Origin: Podospora anserina | Lineage: Eukaryota | Assembly: GCA_017654855.1 (NCBI GenBank) | Contig: CM030333.1 | Span: forward strand, 2,232,001-2,296,000 | Length of the DNA stretch: 64,000 bases | Direction: 5' to 3' | Shown here: in pieces, positions 1 to 10,083 of the stretch | How positions within the stretch are numbered: position 1 is the stretch's first letter | Layout of the letters: each line of letters starts with the position of its first letter | Notes under the pieces: model-generated | Told to the model about the DNA's origin: nothing | The model's input: only the letters and a program-made list of their open reading frames with translations | The model's database searches: none | Position numbers and translations under genes: made by a program

Positions 1-17
1 TTAATCTAATAAATCAC

Positions 18-1527
18 CTATGCCCCCTGCCCAATCTCCTCCACCTCCTTCGACACCGGCCCCGTAGCCGGCCCCCCGCTCCCATAAAGGAACCCAGCCA
101 CCAGCACCACCACCGTCACAACAACCAACCCCATGATCAACGCCCTCTTCACAGCAGCAGGTAACCTCCCCGCTCCTTCTTGACTTCCTCCTCCCTCCCC
201 CTGGCTGAGCGGCGAGTAACTCCCCGCCACCCTCTCCCACAAGCTCTTGGCGTACACCCAGACACCGACCGAGATGGCAACCGTCTGCTCCCACCCGAGG
301 GAGTAATACGCCAACCCTGCCGTGGCGATGGCGTAACCCACAAACTGGATCGCCGTGATGTTTGTCTTCCAGATCATGACCGAGATGATGACCAGCAAAA
401 TGTTTTTGAGGATGCCCGTCAGGGTCATTACCAGCCCCGAGGTCTTTCCGATCTTTACGTGGTTGTTAGTATCTTTGTGCTGGACAGTTAAGGGGGGATA
501 TTGACTTACGAGGAAAACACTCGAAACATTCAACATAAACGCCACCATCGCATTCAGCACCAACAACCCCGCCCCCGCCCTCCCCACATCCCCAAAGTCA
601 AACCTGTTCGCCTCGCTCCCAATAGCCACAATCACATTCATCACCGCGCAGACGGGAGCGTAGTAATACAAGCTCACCAGCGGGTCCATCTTCATGTCCT
701 CCCCGCTCAGCAAAACCTGAATCATGATCAACCTCATAGCCTCAAACACGATCCCCCCAACCTGGAACAGGAAACCAGCCATGGAAAAGTTGATCTCGCC
801 TAGGGAAGCGAGACCGACGCCGGCGACGATGAAGAGGATGTTGAGGAAGCGCTTGAGCGAGGGCTCCTCGACCCCCCAGGCCCAGGCCGTGAGCAGGACC
901 GCGACGGGGGCGGCAGCTTTGAGCATCTGGATGAAGGCGACTGAGAGGTAGAGGTAGACCATGTTGGAGCAGACCAGGCTGGCCGAGTAGAGGAGGCCGA
1001 TGGGGACGATGGCGCGGAGGTAGATGCGGCCGGTCATTTTGATGTTCTTGCGGCCGTCGAGGAGGTGGGTGGTGCGGGCTAGGATTTGGGTTGCTACGGT
1101 TGCGAAGACGAGGTGCCAGCAGGTGAGGATCACGGCTGGATTTGGGGGGTCAATATTCATTCAGTGTGTCAGTGCGGGTTGTACGTACGATATTCTGCGA
1201 GTAGGTTAGCATCGTTCACAGTATAGGAAGAGATGTAGAACAGAAATACGTACTGAACCCCCTCCCATCAATCATCCACTTGTTGAACAGAATCGTCAAG
1301 TTGGAAAAGAAAATCCACGCTCTATCCCAGTATCAGTCCTCATGTTCCCTCACGACATGCGCCGCCTACTATGACGTCTCTCTGGGGAATGCATACAAGA
1401 TGTAAAAGATGGGGTGTAATCCTCCCCGCTGAACCGTCGTCGGGCGCGGCTTCTCGGCCTCTGCCGCCTGAGGCTCAGGGTGCAACTGCTGCCTCTCGAC
1501 ATCATCATCGTTGTTGGCCGCGGCCAT
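18..1527 (-). CDS. Triose-phosphate/nucleotide-sugar transporter family (TPT/SLC35E-like) membrane protein, spliced
   Basis: Spliced reading MAAANNDDDVERQQ...GLHPIFYIL/AWIFFSNLTILFNKWMIDG..F/KY/PVILTCWHL...YLSVAFIQMLKA...IGKTSGLVMTLTGILKNILLV. Multiple TM segments. Four GT-AG introns, including those flanking a 6-nt exon at 1189-1194. Stop at 18-20. Confidence 0.85.
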
Positions 1528-3009
1528 CGAGTCCGGGGATCCGGGGGTGCTGTATGTCTATTCGGGCGGAATCGGTACCGGGCGCACGCGCGGGCGCAAA
1601 AAAGAGATCGGCTTTCGGGTTCCGGGTAGTCGTTAAGGTTTAACCTTTTGCGCAGGGGAAGCGAGAGACAACTTTTGCGATGCGAAGCGCGTTGAACGTA
1701 AGGGAGGGTGTAATACTCGTCTGGTCGGCGGCGGTGGTGATTGATAGTGGGGAGGAGGCAGCCAGAAAATAATTTAACGAGTGTTTTCCCAGATTGCTCT
1801 CTCCGCGTTGCGCGTTTGCTCTCCTATCGGCGGCAGAGCGGAAAAAGTAAAAAATACTCAACGACCCAGAGATCCCGCGAAAGAGGGAGAGAAGGCAAAA
1901 GAGGGAAGAAATGAGGTTGTCGTGTTCGCCAAAAGTGCAAAAGGACCAACAACAAAATAACTGGGGACAGGCACCAACCTACCCACGATGGGGACTTGGG
2001 GGTGCTGCGACTGAGACTGGGCTGAGCCGCTCGCTCGCTAACAAAACCCACCCCTGCTTACGGTACAAAACCAGCAGACCCCAGTTGTCACCAGCACCAA
2101 ATCCAACGGCCGGGGGGAGGCGTTTTTTTTCCCTGCACACTCTCAAATCGGACCCTTTAATTCGTCAGCGCGGACGGACGAATGGTGCAACCAATGTCGC
2201 ATTGAGAAGTTGTAGAGAAATCTGGACCGCATGCAACCAGGGGGCACATGAAATAGGGGTCATGATAGCAGAAAAAGCTTAGGAGGCTTATTATCCCTTC
2301 TCACCTGCACCCCTTCAGGTTCATCTGAATTTATCCCTTTCCCAGAGACATCTTTTTGCATTTATTATCACCGGTTCCGGACATCTTGCTCTCGAAATTC
2401 CGCCCTTTCCCCTCCCAAACATAGCATCATGGATAGCCCAGCGGGGTCCCCCTCCCTGAAAAAATGACACCCTGATAGGCGAGAAAAAGAAGCGGACTCT
2501 TTAACATCCGCAGATCAGCGGGTCTATCCCAAGTCTTGATATCAACGACTTCTGCTTGCATTGAAGATGTTATCATTGTGAGAAACACCTGTCTAGGAGT
2601 CATCTCCTCTGACTCTCCCCACCTCGTCACACAAAAATACCAATCCCACAAAGTAACGTCAGCATCACCACCACCTCCCGTCTGTTGGTTCATGCCCTAC
2701 AAAAGTCCCTTTCAGAGGTTCTGGATAGGGGTTCGTCACAAATATAGAACAAAAGTAAAGGTAAGGTAGTAAAATAAAATTTAAATAAGCAGACTAAGCT
2801 GTGATCGGAAATTTAAGATTATAAAGGCTAATGTAAGGTAATTTAGGTTTAGTACCGTTATACCTACGCCAAAAACTCACGATAAGCAGCCATGTACAAC
2901 TCGCAATCCGCTCATGTTTGGACACACGACCAAACGTTAAACCACCTACCTACCCCTCGGAAAATCCGACACCTTGGAAATACCGAGCCGACCCAAAACC
3001 AGGCAGAGC

Positions 3010-3067
3010 CCAGGTGTAAGGTATAATCTCCATGTGCTGTGCCAGGTGTAAGTAATCTCCATGTGCG
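3010..3067. repeat. Imperfect tandem duplication (CCAGGTGTAAG..TAATCTCCATGTGC x2)
   Basis: Two near-identical ~28-nt copies visible, starting at ~3010 and ~3042. Confidence 0.7.
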
Positions 3068-3110
3068 GCGGTGTATGCAGCTCGTACAACTGTAGCATCT
3101 TGGAACCAGG

Positions 3111-3131
3111 CACACACGCACACACACACAC

Positions 3132-3174
<43 letters not shown>

Positions 3175-3200
3175 TACACACACACACACACAGATACACA
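3111..3200. repeat. (CA)n microsatellite, interrupted
   Basis: Direct inspection. Confidence 0.95.
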
Positions 3201-3567
3201 TCTTGATTTGCAACGTCGCACAACACACAACATTTGTCTAATAATCATCTTCATCGCTGCCTCTCATTCATTTTAATAGTTGTTGAACTCGCTGATGAAG
3301 CAAAGCTAATAAGTACATATAACATCCTCGATCCATCTGTCCCATTTCCCCACCCACCGGCTAATAATGTTGAAACGCTTCAGCGCTGTGTTGTTGTCCA
3401 TTTATGTCCTGATCTGATCCAAGTTCAAGAATGATATAAAAAAAAGCAAAATACTTGTCTTGGCTCGTGTAATAAAGCCCATGGTATATCCCCCCAAAAA
3501 AAGCCCCAACACCATCGCTGTGTAGAAAGAAAAATGCAAAATACACCCAGTTATCCACCATGAACAA

Positions 3568-5661
3568 TCAGTAGTCACTATCATTGCCGTCAGGTAACGG
3601 TATCGCCGCAGCTTCTGACAACGACGCATCACCCTCCGTTGATATCGCCGGCGTTTCCGGACCATCAACCTTCAAAAACGACATCGGCCCCTGGATTTCC
3701 CCTTCTGGACCATCGACCTTCAAAAACGACGACACCGGCCCTTGAACCCCCCCCTCTTGCATCTCATCACAACTCGCAAGCTCAGCAGTCATCAAAGTCT
3801 GCTCAGGATCAACACAGTCATAAAACAGCATAAACACCCCGCCCTGCGCCAGCACCGTATCCTCATCCACCCTGGTGACATCCTCATCACTCAGTGACCA
3901 CCACTGCTCCTCCTCCAGATCCTCCTCCAGAGTCCCACGAGTCACCGGTGTCGAGGGTGCATCCGCAGACATGTCCTTCTCCGACGCAAGCTTAGGCGGC
4001 TCATCCGTCGCTCCTCCCACTTCTGGTGCCGCCGCTGGCGGTGATGATGACTTGGGGTGTTTCCGAAAGCAGACATAGTGCCCATTCTCATGTCTACCAT
4101 AGTGAGCAACCACCGCCCGTAATGTGTATATCGGACCGGTAATCCGGGACGTCCTTTCTCCTCCCGCCACCATCGACGAGCGAGGGTCTGTAATCCACTC
4201 CTCCCGATCCGAACTCAGATCCCGACCCGTCAGGCCTGCCGCACTCCCAACACACCAAGGGCCCAGGTCAAGCTCCATGGGGAACCGAACATTTGCTCCG
4301 TTTTTGTATAACCGACCAGTACGTTCGTCAAACACCGACCTGTTGATGTGGAAAACCAAGCTTTGCGGTGGCCGGGCGATAGACGTTTGCTTAGTCTTGG
4401 TAGAACTCTTCCGCTGTGTCCGAGGGATGTTGCACTTCTTCAGCGTATCATCTTTGAAATCCTCCTCCTCCAACGCCTCCTCAATAATCTGGATTCTTTC
4501 CGCCAAACCAGGAATGTTGGCTCGCTCCGCGAGAGCCTGGAGACCACTGCGGGAGTTAAGCAAGGTGCACTTGGTACACTCGACGTCCTGGATCGCCTCA
4601 AGGCTGGTATAGGCATCCAGTCTCTCATAAAGATCATGCTCCATCCGCTTTCCAAGGTTGAGGGTCAAACAGTTGAAGGGAATCATGTCCAGGCCACTGC
4701 AGTAGCCGCATGAGACACATGCTACACGCTGGGCGATGAGACCTTCCAGGGGGTTTCGAGTCACGCAGATATCTTGCCCATACTTGGACTGACTCTCCAT
4801 GCTATGGTACCCGCTGTCATCGCTGTGTTGGCTCGAGTCCGAGTCGTCGCGCGACCAATCAAGCTCTAATGCCGGGGAATTCTGAGGATTCTTCAAGCTT
4901 TTTGCGACCTCCTTGCTGATCTGATCGAGAAGCTTGGAGTAGTATTCCTGGGCATCCTGTTGTTGCCAGGTATTCATCTTCTTCAAAACGGCCGGCGTGC
5001 CCAGCGTTCTCCCGTTGTTCGACAGGTTGTTAAGATCCAGAACCAGCTTATGAAGCTTGCTGATCGTGAAGCTGTCGGCTGAAGTCATGGCTGAAGAGAC
5101 TGCTGAGAGATATCCTGGAAAGGGCCTCAAAGACGCGAGTCCCTGAAGGATACTGTTCTGAAAGCAAGAGTTGTCCATGTTCAAAAGTCCCGGAGGCTGG
5201 TCTGGCGAGCTTTTACGTGCCACATTCAACGCTGCAGTGGACAGGGTAGTCAAGCTCTTGCGCCCCGCTTCAATGCCCGAGTTCAAAATTCCTGCCGCCG
5301 TCTCCAAGCCCAACATCTTCTTAAGAACATCGCTCTTAGCTTCATGAGTCGTAGGTCTATCGGCCGACGGGGGCCGCGGAAACAGGGAGGGGTTGAGAAA
5401 GTCGTCCATGGCGTAAAGCAGCCTGGCCGGAGTGATAGCCACGAGTATTTTCCAGATAAGCTGTGACAAATCAGGGACCCTCCCTTGCCGTTTAGCAATC
5501 TGATAGATCCAGCTGACGAGGACGACGATGAGGGTTATGATAATGCCTATCGGGCCAACGGCGCGGTCTTTGAGCTGTCGCAAAGTAGAATGCTGTTGTG
5601 AATCGAGGCCAACGCGGGTTTCCACTTGGCCCAGTATGCGCCGGTACGCTTCGGTATTCAT
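3568..5661 (-). CDS. Ubiquitin carboxyl-terminal hydrolase (USP/peptidase C19) with N-terminal transmembrane segment (Ubp1/Ubp16/USP30-like)
   Basis: Cys box GLLNMDNSCFQNSILQGL, QQQDAQEYY and His box VVAHYGRHENGHYVCFR. Hydrophobic IGIIITLIVVLVSWIY near the N-terminus. First ATG (MNTEAY) at 5661. Confidence 0.9.
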   Translation of the reverse strand: MNTEAYRRILGQVETRVGLDSQQHSTLRQLKDRAVGPIGIIITLIVVLVSWIYQIAKRQGRVPDLSQLIWKILVAITPARLLYAMDDFLNPSLFPRPPSADRPTTHEAKSDVLKKMLGLETAAGILNSGIEAGRKSLTTLSTAALNVARKSSPDQPPGLLNMDNSCFQNSILQGLASLRPFPGYLSAVSSAMTSADSFTISKLHKLVLDLNNLSNNGRTLGTPAVLKKMNTWQQQDAQEYYSKLLDQISKEVAKSLKNPQNSPALELDWSRDDSDSSQHSDDSGYHSMESQSKYGQDICVTRNPLEGLIAQRVACVSCGYCSGLDMIPFNCLTLNLGKRMEHDLYERLDAYTSLEAIQDVECTKCTLLNSRSGLQALAERANIPGLAERIQIIEEALEEEDFKDDTLKKCNIPRTQRKSSTKTKQTSIARPPQSLVFHINRSVFDERTGRLYKNGANVRFPMELDLGPWCVGSAAGLTGRDLSSDREEWITDPRSSMVAGGERTSRITGPIYTLRAVVAHYGRHENGHYVCFRKHPKSSSPPAAAPEVGGATDEPPKLASEKDMSADAPSTPVTRGTLEEDLEEEQWWSLSDEDVTRVDEDTVLAQGGVFMLFYDCVDPEQTLMTAELASCDEMQEGGVQGPVSSFLKVDGPEGEIQGPMSFLKVDGPETPAISTEGDASLSEAAAIPLPDGNDSDY

Positions 5662-6453
5662 TGTCGGTGCGGTGTTGCTGTGTTTGTGATCTGCGAGCGA
5701 GCAGCTGGTGTCGGTGCTGGTGGCGGCGTTGCAGAGCGGACGGAAGCTGCGCAATCACGAAGCAGCAGCAGCAGCGAATGGAAGTGAGGGTTAACGAGCG
5801 AATATAATTACTTCCATGACCTCTTTTGAGTTTGTCGATGGCAATGTACTCCGTAACCTGTTGAGGTTGAAAAAGCTGTGGGCGTTCAAATGCAAAAGCC
5901 AGAAGTCACAAGAAGTCAGCATGTGGAAAAGAGCAAAGCGACAGGGGAGGGGGATGGATCTGACGCCAGCAATTGGCCGCCTGGCAGTTGAATGGACGAA
6001 CACCCCAGCCGGCGGTGGGGCCAGTGTCAGCCCTTCTATCATTCCGGCTGTTTTGTGACGGTTATTGTTTTCGTCTGGCTTGATCGGGATGCCTCGAGGG
6101 TGTGTTTGTTGACGATTCGGAAGACATTGAGTTCACTTTGTCCCTATTTGCTGCAAAGCGACCAGTGTCCCAACGCATTGCAGGCAGCAAAAGTCAAAAA
6201 ATTGAAGCTCTCCAGTCCCATTTTCTGGGGAGCAGGGATGCTAGCAAACGCCAAATGCTGCATCCCTGCAACGTCAAGCACAACAACCCCACCCAAAAAT
6301 TCAGGCTTGGCAAGAAAATACACATCGATAAGGAATTTCCGCCCGCCGATAAACACCAAACACCATCATCACCAAACCCTCAGACCTCAACCTTTGCTGC
6401 GCCATTCTGCTCGATACGCTGCAAAGTTCGGTCTGTTTACAACAAACTCCACA

Positions 6454-7095
6454 ATGGCCAAACCAACAATTTCCAAGGGCAAAAAAGGTAATTCTCCACC
6501 CATCCCAACAGCAGTCGCAGAATGTACTAAACCCCCCCCTCCAGGCCCATCAAAACACTCCCGTGCCTCCCGCCGCGAAGAGCCCATAGACATCAACACG
6601 GACAAATCCCTCAAATCTGCCCTCCCACCCCCCATCTCCACCGACCACCACCGCCCCGCCGTCCTCGCCGCCCAGCTCGCCTCCTCCGTCTCCAAACCCA
6701 CCCGCAAAACCGGCCGCAAAGCCCAGCTCAGCTCCAAAGCCCGGAAGCGCCAGGAAAGAAGCATGGACATGGCCGAGGCCGTCATGGAGCGCACCATCAC
6801 CAAGATCGAAAAGAGCAAGGGCCACGCCAAGGTGATCAACACGAGGAGGAAACCATGGGAAGAAATCAACAATGACGTCTTTGGCGAGGGCGAAAAGGCG
6901 AAGAAGCTGACCAAGAAGCAGCTGGAGAAGCAGAGGGAGGATGAGATTGTGAGGAAATTCTTTGACGAGGGGGCGGCAGAGAAGGATGAGGATGGGAATG
7001 TGGAGATGGAGGGTGCGGCGAGTGAGGGTGAGGGTGAGGGTGAGGGGGTGCCAACGCCGGTGCAGGTTATGGAGGAGGTGGAGGAAGTTTTGTAG
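6454..7095 (+). CDS. ALB1: Alb1-like pre-60S ribosome biogenesis factor
   Basis: Basic N-terminus MAKPTISKGKK/GPSKHSRASRR...DKSLKS, LSSKARKRQERSMDMAEAVMERTITKIEKSK...RRKPWEEIN and an acidic tail. In-frame 57-nt intron at 6488-6544. Confidence 0.7.
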   Translation: MAKPTISKGKKGNSPPIPTAVAECTKPPPPGPSKHSRASRREEPIDINTDKSLKSALPPPISTDHHRPAVLAAQLASSVSKPTRKTGRKAQLSSKARKRQERSMDMAEAVMERTITKIEKSKGHAKVINTRRKPWEEINNDVFGEGEKAKKLTKKQLEKQREDEIVRKFFDEGAAEKDEDGNVEMEGAASEGEGEGEGVPTPVQVMEEVEEVL

Positions 7096-7531
7096 GGTCG
7101 GAAAAAGCAAAAGGAACGGATTGGGATGGTGAGGCGTTACGGACATTACATCAATCATTTGTGGATCTTCGGGCTTTTAAAATCTCTGAGATGTGGAAGA
7201 AAAGGAGTGTGTTTTAAAAGGGCATGGTCGAGGCTAACAGGTTATAAACGAGAGTATATATGAGGGCCTCGAGTTGTATGAACTCAAAAAGCCAGCAGGA
7301 CAAACCGGTCGTTGACATAGTTTTGATACCCAAAAAGATGAGATGTTTTCTTCGACGTCAGATATGCATTGCACTATCTTGAATGAAAATTCTCCTTCCT
7401 GCTCTTGTATTTGAGATCTCTCTTACACCATTCAATACTTTTTATTAAGATTTTCTCCCCATTTTTTCACCTTTTCCATCGCAACCACGCTCCTCATATA
7501 CCCACCCTCCACCCTCCACTACCAACCAGCC

Positions 7532-7643
7532 GCGGGTTTAGCTCAGTTGGGAGAGCGTCAGACTGAAGTCCACTTCAACTCAAATCCAAATATCCACCAC
7601 CAGGATAATCTGAAGGTCGTGTGTTCGATCCACACAAACCGCA
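7532..7643 (+). tRNA. tRNA-Phe(GAA) with 39-nt intron (7569-7607)
   Basis: GCGGGTTTAGCTCAGTTGGGAGAGCGTCAGACTGAAG[intron]ATCTGAAGGTCGTGTGTTCGATCCACACAAACCGCA gives a 73-nt mature cloverleaf. T-run terminator at ~7659. Confidence 0.97.
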
Positions 7644-8662
7644 CTTACAAAAAACTACTTTTTTCTTCTCTTTTAGACTTTATCATTCTTTTGATTCCAC
7701 GCAACACCCTCCCTCCCTCCTCCTCCTCCTCCTCCTACACTATCATGACCCTTCCTGTTGTCCCGGCCTATCAATCAACAAGCGACCTTTTCACACACAT
7801 CACCAACCAATCATCACCCACCCCCAAAAAAATCCCCCCTATGACGCCACAGCTTACAAGACCAACACCCTCTCCAATCAGCCGCACAGTGTCTTGTCAA
7901 AGCCCCCCCTTTCACCTTTTCTTGTCAGTTTTTTTTTTAAAAAAAAAAAAGAATCTTAAATTTTCCACATCTCACATGTCTGTCCCAGAAGAACAAAATT
8001 CCTTCTTCAATTATTCTACTTTGCTCAACTACCACACACCCCCAAGTAGCAGCTTCTCATACAACCCAACCAACCCCAATCACGCCCCCATGAATCAAAC
8101 CCCCCCTGATCGGCAACACCATATGACGTATTAATCCCGACGAACAAGGGGCCAGGCAGGCAACACACGACACAACGAACGAACGGATTATTCAACACTC
8201 CCAAAAAATATCATTTTCCTTCCATAACCATCATGATCCAGCCCAAAAGTAACGTCAAACTCCAACGACCCCAGCAAGAACATATAAAACTTCCGGTATG
8301 AACATATGCTTTCTTTCTCTTTCCTTTCCTCCTCCGTATTATTAGACTTTGTGGCTCGCTAGAGTGTTCCTCAGTATCCCCTTATTGTTTTTTTATTTTT
8401 TATTTTTTTGAAATCTTCTTGTGTCGGGTTCTTTCTCAACTCTTGAAAGCGACGATGCCTCTGCTCATCGGAAGCAGTACCCGACCTCTGGGCCACCAAG
8501 GTTTGTGTATGGACGACACATCAACCAGTCAACAACAAACGCCCAGCTTCAGGGTCGATGATTGTCATCTTGTCCATACCCTCGTGGACACCAGCATCCT
8601 TCTTCTTTCAAAAACAATATTTCGCTTCCTTCTTCAACTCAACCACTCCTTCACCCCTCTCA

Positions 8663-9958
8663 TCACGCCCCAAAACCCTCCACCCCATCCTCCACCCCAG
8701 GACTAAACATCGAGTCCGGCATATGATCATAATTGAACCCCGTCGACGACTCCCTCTTAAGCAATCCCCCACCATTCAAATGAACATGGCCCGCACCGGT
8801 CGCCGGGTCATCCAAATACGAAACCGGAAACGCAGTATCGGTCGGGGACGCATACAGAGCAGCCGGACCTGGGAAAGGAGTGTAAGTCTCAAACTAGGCC
8901 GGCAACAGGAACCCACCTCCCCCGTCGCCGCAGCACCCACCACCCGTCGGCGTGGCCGCTGCCCAAAACAGAGACTCACCAGGAGGATAAGCAATGCTCC
9001 CCTGCCGGTCACTCCCCGACGTGCTCCCCGGCCCTCCCGTCAATCCCTCAAACCCCGTCATCCCCGCCTGGAGTTGGTACTGACTCGAAGCGATGCTCGG
9101 ATTCCTGCTCCGTGGTGATGCCGGTGTCAGAACCGGAGGTTGGCTCACCCCTGTTGTTGGCTGTCCGAAGGTGAACCCGGCTCCGAATAACTCGTTGCTG
9201 GTCTGCACATACCTCCGCGCCTCGTTGTTCAGCCACCGGTCAATGTTCGGATCGTTGCATTTGGAGTGTGTCAGCAAGTGATGCTTTAGCTGGCCGACCT
9301 CGTGTACCAAGCCATTGAATTCCATCTGGAGGGCCGCATGCTGGGTTTCAAGCCCAACCTTGGCCTCTTCGAGTTCCGAGACAAAGACCTTTTTCTTTTC
9401 TCGGCACTTGCTAGCCGCGATGCGGTTCCGTTCGAGAAACTTGTTTCGTTTGTGTTCGTCTTGCTCCATATTGGCCTCCTTCTTATTTTTTCGAGTCTTT
9501 CGCTTCTTATTTGGTGCATGACTTTGAAGGGCGTCTTCTGGGAGGGTGATGTCGGTGGAAGTGCTCCCCGACTTGGAGGCTCGGTTCGACTGCGATTTGC
9601 TGGATGAGCTTCGTTGGGTGGATGGGCGAGACATCTCCATGGAGAGAATCTGCATGTCGGCTTTGATGTCCTCGCCGTCGGGGTCTGGATGGTAGAGACC
9701 TGGGTCGACGAAGAGTTTTTGACCAGCGTTGGGATCCATGGTGGTGCCGACTGGCCAGTCGAATGATGGACCGCCCAGGTCGATATCTGGATGGGGGTCA
9801 TCTTGGGATGGAGAGGGCCCGAAGCCTAGCTTGTCGTCGTATGATGCAAAGTTGAGCTCCATGGGTTGCTCACCGACATTGTGGTCTGGTGTTTGATAGG
9901 CAGGCCTCTCTTCTAACTCGTCCAGGCATTGATCAAAGTAGTGGGTGGGCTCATCCAT
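8663..9958 (-). CDS. bZIP transcription factor, ATF/CREB (Atf21/Aca1-like)
   Basis: Basic region KRNKFLERNRIAASKCREKKK followed by a leucine zipper and LLTHSKCNDPNIDRWL. Intron GTGAGT (~8978) to TTCCCAG (~8869). Last exon ends YDHMPDSMFSPGVEDGVEGFGA*. Confidence 0.88.
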
Positions 9959-10016
9959 CTCGCTGCTGTGATGGTCTGCTGGATTCACCCACTATGCAAT
10001 GGACTGCCAGCTACAA

Positions 10017-10083
10017 CCAAGTGGTTGTTAATGAAATACCAAGTGGTCGTTAACGAAATACCAAGTGGTTGTTAATGAAAATA
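10017..10083. repeat. Three tandem 22-nt units CCAAGTGGTYGTTAAYGAAATA
   Basis: Units at 10017, 10039 and 10061, immediately 5' of the bZIP ATG. Confidence 0.9.

Noticed and set aside
2912..3276. Cys/Val-rich and His/Thr-rich ORFs
   Set aside because: They are translations of the (CA)n microsatellite.
5992..6453. N-terminal extension of the 367-aa ORF
   Set aside because: Non-ATG start in the divergent promoter. ALB1-like sequence begins at the ATG at 6454.
7547..8134. 195-aa ORF
   Set aside because: Starts inside the tRNA and runs through low-complexity sequence with no protein features.
10017..10083. CRISPR-like direct repeats
   Set aside because: Repeats are contiguous with no spacers, there are no cas genes, and the context is eukaryotic.
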